A DNA stretch of 34,762 nucleotides from a virus (lineage: Duplodnaviria; Caudoviricetes). A program made the position numbers and the translations under genes. Below are positions 25,202 through 32,762 of the stretch, piece by piece. The notes under the pieces were generated by a model. The model was not told the origin of the DNA and did no database searches. It saw only the letters and a list, made by a program, of their open reading frames with translations. The stretch spans positions 1 to 34,762 of the IMG/VR virus record IMGVR_UViG_3300020045_003800; one strand, given 5' to 3'. Within the stretch, counting starts at the first letter, position 1, and each line of letters opens with the position of its first letter.

Positions 25202-25779
25202 AAGTAGAACTCTTACAGCACACGCCAAACCCAGAAGTTTTTATCGGTCAAATGGCGGGGATTTGCTACGGCAAAGAAAACAGCGACGATGCCACTTGCA
25301 TTAAGCGCGCCGCGCATTGCGTTGAAAAAGGGCATTTATCGACGCTTAGATTCGCACACGCCACGTTTCACATTAGCGGCATTAGTCGGGTGTGTTCGCA
25401 TCAACTGGTAAGATCAAAATTTATAGACGTTCTCCAGCGTTCACAGCGGTATTGCAATGAATCACAGTCGGACGTTGTGATCCCTGATTCAATCGTGAAT
25501 GATGCTAGAAAGTTAAATCGCTTCAACGAGGCTATGGAATACAGCTACGCTGTTTATGCCAACCTTATTGGTGACGGTATAAAAAAAGAAGATGCACGAA
25601 TGATTTTGCCCGCTTGCACCACTACTGAAATGGTTGTTACGGGTTCATTTCAAGCATGGCGTGATTTTATTCGCTTGCGTGATACGAAAGAAGCACAGCA
25701 AGAAATTCGTGAGTTAGCACAAGAAATAAAACGGCAACTTATTGAGATTGCACCTAACATTTTTGGAGGTGTGAAATGA
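25198..25779 (+). CDS. thyX: FAD-dependent thymidylate synthase
   Basis: AGICY, GHLSTL, ISGISRVCSHQLVR...QRSQRY, KEDARMILP, AQQEIRELA. Confidence 0.9.
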   Translation: MKVELLQHTPNPEVFIGQMAGICYGKENSDDATCIKRAAHCVEKGHLSTLRFAHATFHISGISRVCSHQLVRSKFIDVLQRSQRYCNESQSDVVIPDSIVNDARKLNRFNEAMEYSYAVYANLIGDGIKKEDARMILPACTTTEMVVTGSFQAWRDFIRLRDTKEAQQEIRELAQEIKRQLIEIAPNIFGGVK

Positions 25780-26120
25780 GCAAAGATCAGGATCAAGCAT
25801 TGCTAGAAATAAAACGCCTAATCAACACAAGTATGATTCAGTCCAGATTTGGAATTTTTGACAAGATATTAGATGTTATTGATGGTGTGCAAAACCCAAA
25901 GCCGCCCGCGCCCACCGTCGAGGTTGGGCAAGTTTGGCGGCATATCGGAGGCTTAACGACTGATAGTAATTATTATATAAAATCGCTAGGCACGGTAAAA
26001 GTTAATGAAGAATGGCAAGATTCGGTTACTTATTGGAAAACTATAGTTGAGTTAGATCCAAGAGAGTTCACCCGCGCATTATCTGATTTCATTGCGAAGT
26101 TCGAGCAGGTGCAACCATGA
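25776..26120 (+). CDS. Hypothetical protein (DUF1653-like C-terminus)
   Basis: GQVWRH..G...Y...V.Y...FTR.LSDF.AKFE pattern. Confidence 0.65.
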   Translation: MSKDQDQALLEIKRLINTSMIQSRFGIFDKILDVIDGVQNPKPPAPTVEVGQVWRHIGGLTTDSNYYIKSLGTVKVNEEWQDSVTYWKTIVELDPREFTRALSDFIAKFEQVQP

Positions 26121-26260
26121 AATTTGAAAGAGTTATAGATTACATCTGCTTTACAGCTGGAGCGTCTGTGGTTGTAGCGGTTAGCGTATGGGCAGTTAAA
26201 GCTATCTTGGTTTATGGGATTTTACAATGACTGCTAAGTTCAACCGCGTAGGAGGTTCAG

Positions 26261-26635
26261 ATGCACATAGTAATTAGACCATGTTTATCACTAAGGATGA
26301 AGGTATGTAGATTTGATGATTCAGTAGTAGATGGCTTTGTTTTTAAAATACCTTTCTTTTCCTGCTCTGTATTCTACACATCAGCGGATAGACTCCTGAT
26401 TGATACATTTAGTAGAACTCACAGGGGCTGTAAGTTTGTTGCGGTAGGTTCGGGAGATTGGGTTGATTCGTTTAACGAACGTACCGAGTCAATGCGTAAA
26501 TCCCACGCTATTGCGATGGATAACCGCTGGAAAGAAGAATTAAGACTTCGTGGAAGTGTTGACGAGCTTGAGAATGAAAATAGGATTCTCAAGAAAGCAA
26601 TTAAAATTATTGAAAGCGTGGGAAATTCAGAATGA
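26261..26635 (+). CDS. Hypothetical protein
   Basis: AGGAGG SD; 124 aa. Confidence 0.7.
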   Translation: MHIVIRPCLSLRMKVCRFDDSVVDGFVFKIPFFSCSVFYTSADRLLIDTFSRTHRGCKFVAVGSGDWVDSFNERTESMRKSHAIAMDNRWKEELRLRGSVDELENENRILKKAIKIIESVGNSE

Positions 26636-26835
26636 CAACTAAGCACCCGCTGAATTTAATGGCAGAACATCTTGCGGCAAGGTCAAAAGATATTGCAGAT
26701 AGAGATGTTATCATCGAGGAATTGGTTGAGGCTTTGATTGCTTGCGACGAAGCAATGGAATATATGAGTGAGTACGACATACCTATTACATTGCCGCAAC
26801 AAGTCAAAGATGCAATCGCCAAAGCCACATCTTAA
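26632..26835 (+). CDS. Hypothetical protein
   Basis: ATGA-coupled; ELVEAL...AIAKAT pattern common in phage early genes. Confidence 0.7.
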   Translation: MTTKHPLNLMAEHLAARSKDIADRDVIIEELVEALIACDEAMEYMSEYDIPITLPQQVKDAIAKATS

Positions 26836-26842
26836 TTAACCC

Positions 26843-26878
26843 AAACGCCGTAAAGTAATTTATGGCGTTTCTTATTTT
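26843..26878 (+). terminator. Terminator-like hairpin
   Basis: AAACGCCGTAAA-GTAA-TTTATGGCGTTT then a T-rich tract. Confidence 0.7.
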
Positions 26879-26896
26879 ACTTTTGGGGATTTAAAG

Positions 26897-27091
26897 ATGG
26901 GGCAAGCAAAATTGCGCGGTAATTTTGAAGAACGTAAAGCTAACGCAGAACCAAAAACAGAAAGGCAGCAATCACCAGATCGCGCATTTATTCGTGGTCA
27001 CGGTGTTGATAAACAGGAATTTAATCGTTCTTTGCTTTCGGCGCGTGCATCTGGTGGAAAAGCAAGGCTTCACAACAAAACAAATAATTAA
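26897..27091 (+). CDS. Small basic protein
   Basis: 64 aa; MGQAKLRGNFEERK start; flanked by hairpins. Confidence 0.65.
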   Translation: MGQAKLRGNFEERKANAEPKTERQQSPDRAFIRGHGVDKQEFNRSLLSARASGGKARLHNKTNN

Positions 27092-27097
27092 CTTTTG

Positions 27098-27129
27098 AAA
27101 GCCACGCGCCTTTGGTTCGTGGCTTTTTT
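27098..27129 (+). terminator. Terminator between convergent early and accessory genes
   Basis: AAAGCCACG-11 nt-CGTGGCTTT-TTT. Confidence 0.8.
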
Positions 27130-27133
27130 GTTT

Positions 27134-27754
27134 CTACCACTTCACTAAGTGCATACAATCCCGCAAAACCTTCTTCGCTTCACCACCTGTTAAGCCTTCC
27201 AAAATCGCCATAATCAAATCCTGTTTTGGTTTTTTTTCGGGAGAAAATACATTTTCTATTTTCTCCCTTTCTTCTTCAATCGGTCTGCCTGTAATCAAAG
27301 GCTTATCTGTTGGGATGATACGCACGGGGACAGGTTTATTTTTAGGAATTGGCAAACTTTCACCTTTTCGGATTGCAATCTGTTTGCGAATTTCTGCAAG
27401 CGGCAAATTTTTCCCCTTTGCATATTCATAAACTTCAACGGCAATATCAGAATTGATAGGCGCAGCGATTTCATAAGCAGCCGATATAGAAATTTTCTCT
27501 ATAGGGCGTTTTTCAAAAAAACGGGCTAGATTCATTAACTTAGTTCGATGTTGGCGACTGGTGGAATAAATTGCTCCACCTGTATTTTCAATCCATGCGC
27601 CGAATTCATTATCTGACTTAAACCTTTCACGCGCCTCTAACAAAATCTGACCTTGAAATAATTGCCCTTGCCGTTCAATTGATTCAAATCTATCCGCTAA
27701 CTGCTCAAGTGACAATGTTGTTAAATTATCTGAATTTGTCGTTAAATCTGACAT
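27134..27754 (-). CDS. DUF3102-like protein, separately promoted
   Basis: GQILLEARERF....EFGAWIE.......RTKLMNLARFF...ISAAYEIAAP resembles the N-terminus of 21437..22465. Confidence 0.7.
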   Translation of the reverse strand: MSDLTTNSDNLTTLSLEQLADRFESIERQGQLFQGQILLEARERFKSDNEFGAWIENTGGAIYSTSRQHRTKLMNLARFFEKRPIEKISISAAYEIAAPINSDIAVEVYEYAKGKNLPLAEIRKQIAIRKGESLPIPKNKPVPVRIIPTDKPLITGRPIEEEREKIENVFSPEKKPKQDLIMAILEGLTGGEAKKVLRDCMHLVKW

Positions 27755-27819
27755 AAAAAAACCCGCTCAAGTGTTAAAACCAAAGCGGGTGATTATAAGC
27801 GGGTTTGATGTTGCGTCAA
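27755..27819 (-). promoter_or_regulatory. Late-operon terminator with an overlapping sigma70 promoter
   Basis: TTGACG-16-TATAAT (27819-27792), then ACCCGCT-16 nt-AGCGGGT-TTTTTT directly before ATG 27754. Confidence 0.75.
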
Positions 27820-30102
27820 TTAGTCACGTTGATTTTGTATCGTATTTGAAACACCCATACCCAACAAACCGCCATATTTTTTATGGTCGTTTGCAACGTC
27901 AAGTAATCCGCGCTTTTTGCCCTCTTTCATGATCCGAGCAGCTTCTTTTGGGTTGAGTAGTGCGTCGGATAAAATGCCCTTCATGCGCTTTTCAGCCGAA
28001 TCATAAGCAGGTTCAACAATCAGCTTTTTAACTGCATTAACAGGAACATTGAGCAATCCTACACCTGGAATCGCACCTGCTAATTGGAATGCGCCAGATA
28101 GATACGACGGAATACCAGCCGCCTCCGCAATCCCATTCATAGACAGGTTTTTAGAAGTGTTTGAACCGCGTGAGCTTGCTAAAAATTCATGGCTTGATTT
28201 GCGCTGTAAATCCTCACCGATTCCGTTAATAATCGCCATTTGCTCAGGTGAATATAACTCATCAAGGCTGCTGTAATTTGCGCCACCCTTTAAAGTCTTT
28301 TTTAAAAACGTACCTTTAACGTCATCCAAAGCCCTTAAATACTGGTCTTTTTGTTCTTTACCAGGTGTGACATGGTTAGATTTATTGCCGTTCAATCGGT
28401 TTAGTAGTTCCTGCCCTGCTTCCATTTGGTTAATGGGTTGGCTCAGTTCTTTGTACCTTGTATTAACATCAAGCAATCCTGGTATCTTTTGTTCTAATGC
28501 GGACTGAAAATCACCGTACACATTGCCAATTGATTGCCGTAAAACGGGGTCTATATTTCTATCTGCTGCCGCCGCGCCAAGTGACCGATTGATATTATGT
28601 AAATCTTTTCCGTAATACGAAATTTCGGACGGGTCAGCTTTAACAGGCTCAATCCGTTTTTTGGGTGCATTTTGTTTTTCGATTGCGTCAGTTAATCGCC
28701 CTAATCGCTCCATTAGCAAATCTTTCTCAGATGGTCCTGGCGCACTATAAACATTATCAAATGATTGTTTGCCATTACTAAACATTTCATTGCCGCCGCC
28801 GCGATACAAGCCCATTGCTAAATCATTTGGGTTCGCTTCGCTTGCGTCTAAATAACCATGCTCATGTAGTCGCATCGCCATATCATCAAGCGACATTCCA
28901 CCATTATTGCGAAATAAACCATTACCTAAACCGTCGCGCCACATTTCATTGCCGTAAGTTTGCTGCGCCAAATCCTTGTTGATGCCGCCCAATTTACGAA
29001 TAGCGGTCAACATATTGTCGCGTTCATAATCAATCGGTTGCTGTGTCCAATGTGTGCGACTTGCGGCAATAATCGGGTCGGTACTTACAAAGGCTTGTTG
29101 TTCCGATTCGTTTGCAAAAGGTGTTTTTTCGCCAAATTGCCGATATTCATTACTGGCTAATTTTCGCGCATTTGCAACCGCCGATTTACCTGCGTTTGTG
29201 CCTAAGATTCGCTCCAAATCTGCGTCAGATTGCACCTTTGTGTCGTGAATAGTGGCGTAATCCGAGGCTGTTCCATCGTTCCGCGCTTGTTTTGCTGCAT
29301 TCATTCGACTTTCATTACCCGCAACTCCGCCGAGTGCTGATTGTCTTGCGCCCCAATTATCAAGCTCACGCTGCTTAAATGCGCTAGAGCCTTCCGCTGT
29401 GTCAGAAATGAAATTTTGCAACCCAGACAGTCCGCCATTATTTGCCACTTCGCCAGCCGTTAATTGCGTACCTGGCACATTTGAAAAGGTATTTTCAAGG
29501 CGAGAAATAGCGTCACTGGAATCACTTCCCACTACATGATTTAGTGCGCGTCCGACAGCTTTCTCTTTCGTTGCTGTCGAACCAAAAGGCGCGGCGATTT
29601 TATCCAGCAGATTTACGGCATACGGTAACGCACCACCCACTAGCCCACCGACACCACCCATTGCACCCGATTCTAAACGTTTGCCTAAATCCCCTTCAGT
29701 TGTTAATGCACCTGTTCCCGCGCCTATTGCTGCGCCGCCGACCAATGTGTTTGCACCAGGAATAAGCATAGCAGGAGATGTTGCAACCATATTGCCGACA
29801 ACTTGCCCAATTGTGCCACTGGTTGAATTGTTGATTGCGTCGTCAGCAGGTTTATAAGGCTCGATGCCCGTCCAGTTCGGATGACCGACCAATTCGCCAA
29901 CGCCACGCGCCACGTCATTCATGCCCTTGCCCATTCCGACAGCAAAGCCATTTAGCCCTGTTGGTTCTTCAATTTGTGGTTTTTGTTGCTTGGGCTGCCA
30001 TTGTGATTGAAAGTGACTTAATGCGTCAGATTCACTTGCTCCATCAGGCGCGGTGATTTCATAAGTAAAGCCATCGGGTGCTGTAACTTGAAATTTTGGC
30101 AT
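27820..30102 (-). CDS. Internal virion/DNA ejection protein
   Basis: 760 aa; F.VTAPDG..YEITAPDGA N-terminus, Gly/Ala-rich membrane-like segment; last late gene. Confidence 0.75.
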   Translation of the reverse strand: MPKFQVTAPDGFTYEITAPDGASESDALSHFQSQWQPKQQKPQIEEPTGLNGFAVGMGKGMNDVARGVGELVGHPNWTGIEPYKPADDAINNSTSGTIGQVVGNMVATSPAMLIPGANTLVGGAAIGAGTGALTTEGDLGKRLESGAMGGVGGLVGGALPYAVNLLDKIAAPFGSTATKEKAVGRALNHVVGSDSSDAISRLENTFSNVPGTQLTAGEVANNGGLSGLQNFISDTAEGSSAFKQRELDNWGARQSALGGVAGNESRMNAAKQARNDGTASDYATIHDTKVQSDADLERILGTNAGKSAVANARKLASNEYRQFGEKTPFANESEQQAFVSTDPIIAASRTHWTQQPIDYERDNMLTAIRKLGGINKDLAQQTYGNEMWRDGLGNGLFRNNGGMSLDDMAMRLHEHGYLDASEANPNDLAMGLYRGGGNEMFSNGKQSFDNVYSAPGPSEKDLLMERLGRLTDAIEKQNAPKKRIEPVKADPSEISYYGKDLHNINRSLGAAAADRNIDPVLRQSIGNVYGDFQSALEQKIPGLLDVNTRYKELSQPINQMEAGQELLNRLNGNKSNHVTPGKEQKDQYLRALDDVKGTFLKKTLKGGANYSSLDELYSPEQMAIINGIGEDLQRKSSHEFLASSRGSNTSKNLSMNGIAEAAGIPSYLSGAFQLAGAIPGVGLLNVPVNAVKKLIVEPAYDSAEKRMKGILSDALLNPKEAARIMKEGKKRGLLDVANDHKKYGGLLGMGVSNTIQNQRD

Positions 30103-31703
30103 TATTCGACCCTCTTAATTGACCAGCCACCGTTATTAGCTTGCGCTGTAGATTGATTATTTTGTGTGCTTACAGATTCAAGGTATTTGCTATTTAGTAA
30201 CTTGATGGTTTGTACTGCGGCTACCTTTTGACTTTTTGGAATCCACGGATCGCCAATTTGCCCTGCCATATCTTTATAAAGCTGCACATCTTTGTCGGAT
30301 TGTGGTCCTTCCATTCGTGGCATTTGCATAACAAGATTTGCGCTTAATGCCTTTAATGCCGCCGCCGAATCCGCACCTTTTGAGCTTTGACCAAAAAAAG
30401 ACAAAGCATTATCAGCTAAAGCCCCAATTCCGCTATTTGTAGCTGTTTGCAAAAGTGGTTCGGCTTGGTCGATGATTGAATTGGCTTGATTCGCGCTATT
30501 CGTTTTTTTATTAACGCCCTCAGCTTGCTTTTGGTTTAGCTCAATGTAGGATTTGTTTTCGTCCTGTTTTCTTTTTGCTTCTGTTTCAGCCGCTAGTTTT
30601 TGATTTAGATTTAAACCTTTATAAACAGGCGTACCGCTTGCAAAATTATCCGCGCCAGCTTGTAGTGATTCATGAATTAAACCTTTTGCCACTGTAGGAT
30701 TTGCCCCCGCATCAACCGCCGCTTGATAACCTTGTTGCGCGTTAGTTACCAATGCTTTACTTGCGGCAATTACTTTGTCATTCGGTGACGCTTTCATAAC
30801 CGCATCAACATAACCTTGATTGTCGATGCCGTCCTTGTTTAAGTTGCCTTGTCCTTGATTGTAAGCAGACAACGCACGATTCACGTCACCATTATTGTCT
30901 TTAAGCAATTGAGCGAAATAATCTGTGCCAAAACGTACATTTTCAGCATTAGATTTATTCTGTAATGGAATGACTACGCCGCCTGGACTTCTTCCCGTAT
31001 CGTCCATGATTTGCATTAAGCCCTTTGCGCCTTTGTTTGACACTGCGTTTGGGTTACCACCTGATTCAACACTCATAATGTTGGGTGTGAACTGTTGAGC
31101 AAAAGGAATGTAATCCGCTAAATCGTGATATTGACCGTCCTGTAAAACGCTTTGTGGCAAGGCTGACGGTTGCTGTGGTGCGGGTTGGTTTGATGGAATA
31201 CCGCCAAAAGCCGCGCCTTTGGTTGTTACATACGCATCGCCGCCATTCGGGTTTGGAATACTGACGGTTTCGGGTGCATTAGTGGCTGCTGATTTACGAT
31301 AAGCCAATGGCACGTCAGCCGAAACAGGCAAGGCAGGGTTTCCATCCAATCGAATTAACTCATATTCACCTGTGTTTTTGTTCCATTTCGCCCAGCCTTG
31401 TGACGTTTGAATTGGCTGATGATAACCATCACCTTGTTCACCACCCGTTAAATAATGCTGCGCCTGTGCTTGTTGCAATGCCAAATTCGATTCATCAAGT
31501 CGCGCTTGACGGGCATCTTGCAAGGATTGACGCGCATCGTCTTTTTCTTGTTTTTGTTGATCGAGCATACCTTGAGCAAATCCGAGCAAACCGTTTCCGA
31601 TTGCACCGAATCCGCCCTGATTGCGTGGTGTGTTCATCATTTGACCACCTGCCATGAGCAAACCCATTGCGGTTGATCTGTCCATATCCAATAATCCAGC
31701 CAT
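30102..31703 (-). CDS. Internal virion protein with lytic transglycosylase (SLT) domain
   Basis: VESGGNPNAVS.KGA.GLMQIM, ALSAYNQG, GYV motifs; C-terminal PRMEGPQSDKDV. Confidence 0.9.
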   Translation of the reverse strand: MAGLLDMDRSTAMGLLMAGGQMMNTPRNQGGFGAIGNGLLGFAQGMLDQQKQEKDDARQSLQDARQARLDESNLALQQAQAQHYLTGGEQGDGYHQPIQTSQGWAKWNKNTGEYELIRLDGNPALPVSADVPLAYRKSAATNAPETVSIPNPNGGDAYVTTKGAAFGGIPSNQPAPQQPSALPQSVLQDGQYHDLADYIPFAQQFTPNIMSVESGGNPNAVSNKGAKGLMQIMDDTGRSPGGVVIPLQNKSNAENVRFGTDYFAQLLKDNNGDVNRALSAYNQGQGNLNKDGIDNQGYVDAVMKASPNDKVIAASKALVTNAQQGYQAAVDAGANPTVAKGLIHESLQAGADNFASGTPVYKGLNLNQKLAAETEAKRKQDENKSYIELNQKQAEGVNKKTNSANQANSIIDQAEPLLQTATNSGIGALADNALSFFGQSSKGADSAAALKALSANLVMQMPRMEGPQSDKDVQLYKDMAGQIGDPWIPKSQKVAAVQTIKLLNSKYLESVSTQNNQSTAQANNGGWSIKRVE

Positions 31704-32371
31704 TAACCTGCACTCCGTCCAAATGTTCTTAATTGTGGTTTTTTGTAAGGTGTTTGTTGTGAATCGAGGTTCATCATCGGCGCAGGTGCAGCTTGTGGTT
31801 GGTCATTGCCGCCCATCATTTTCATGCCCGTTCCCAGTAAACCTAGTGCGTTTGCTGTGGACATTCCGCCTGTTGTGCCTAATGCTGCACCGCCTGTCAT
31901 TGCGCCGCCTGGTATTGCTGCTGCGCTTGCTGCCATCGGTAAAGCTGAACCCGCGCCCATTGCGCCCATTGCCGCGCCTAAACCTGGAGAAGCCGCTGCG
32001 CCTAAACCTGCTGCTGTACCCATTCCTGCGCCACCTGCTGCCATTGTGCCAGCACTGCCAAGCAATCCAGTTGCCGCAGCAGTACCAGCCGTGCCTAATG
32101 CCCCAGCACTTGCACCTGCCCCTAATGCACCAACTGCCCCAGCACCCATACCAGCACCTGCTGTACCTAACGCACCACCAGCCAAGCCAGCCGTCAATCC
32201 TGCTGTACCTGCGCCTGCCGCAGCCCCAGCACCTGCTGCCGCACCACCAATACCAAGTAATCCGCCCGCTGCCGAACCTGCTGCCGCCAATCCTGTACCA
32301 ACCGCACCCGCGCCAGCCGCGATTGCACTGCCCACTGTACCCAAACCCGCTGCTATTGCTACGAATGACAT
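31703..32371 (-). CDS. Gly/Ala-rich internal virion (ejection) protein
   Basis: MSFVAIAAG start, very high G/A content; position among ejection genes. Confidence 0.75.
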   Translation of the reverse strand: MSFVAIAAGLGTVGSAIAAGAGAVGTGLAAAGSAAGGLLGIGGAAAGAGAAAGAGTAGLTAGLAGGALGTAGAGMGAGAVGALGAGASAGALGTAGTAAATGLLGSAGTMAAGGAGMGTAAGLGAAASPGLGAAMGAMGAGSALPMAASAAAIPGGAMTGGAALGTTGGMSTANALGLLGTGMKMMGGNDQPQAAPAPMMNLDSQQTPYKKPQLRTFGRSAG

Positions 32372-32760
32372 AATAATTTCCTGTTTTCAAATTCTTCAAA
32401 AGTGGATGAAACCGCTTCGGCTTCAATTTCGGTTATTTCGGTTAAGTCAGTGCGAATCACGTTGATAAAGGTGCAATCAGTGACCGCATAAACCGCCCGT
32501 TTAGTCCCCGCTGGTGTGATACAAATATGCGGCGCGGTAAATTCTTCGTCAAAAATTCGCATTGTGCCTTGCGCTAAAATCGCAATATGCTCGTGATTGT
32601 GAACTTTACCGACGGCGCACATTCCCGCTGGAATAAACAACGAGCGACAATAAACGCCCTCAATCTGATAATGTTCAACAGGCATTTCAGTAACGTGATT
32701 GGGCATTTCGCGCAAAGCGTTTTCTAAGTCTGTGAGTCTTGATTGTTCGATTTGGTTCAT
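32359..32760 (-). CDS. Cupin-fold phage protein
   Basis: H...GVY.R.LFIPAG...VGKVH..EH...L..G and GTKRAVYAVTD motifs. Confidence 0.75.
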   Translation of the reverse strand: MNQIEQSRLTDLENALREMPNHVTEMPVEHYQIEGVYCRSLFIPAGMCAVGKVHNHEHIAILAQGTMRIFDEEFTAPHICITPAGTKRAVYAVTDCTFINVIRTDLTEITEIEAEAVSSTFEEFENRKLLCHS

Positions 32761-32762
32761 GA

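Noticed and set aside
26843-26870. AT-centred palindrome as a dif/att site
   Set aside because: Lacks the TTATGTTAAAT XerD arm; has a G.U pair and a downstream T-rich tract, consistent with an RNA terminator.
31654-32465. Long alternative-frame ORFs (239, 219, 207 aa)
   Set aside because: Shadows of the Gly/Ala low-complexity gene, whose codons lack stops in other frames.
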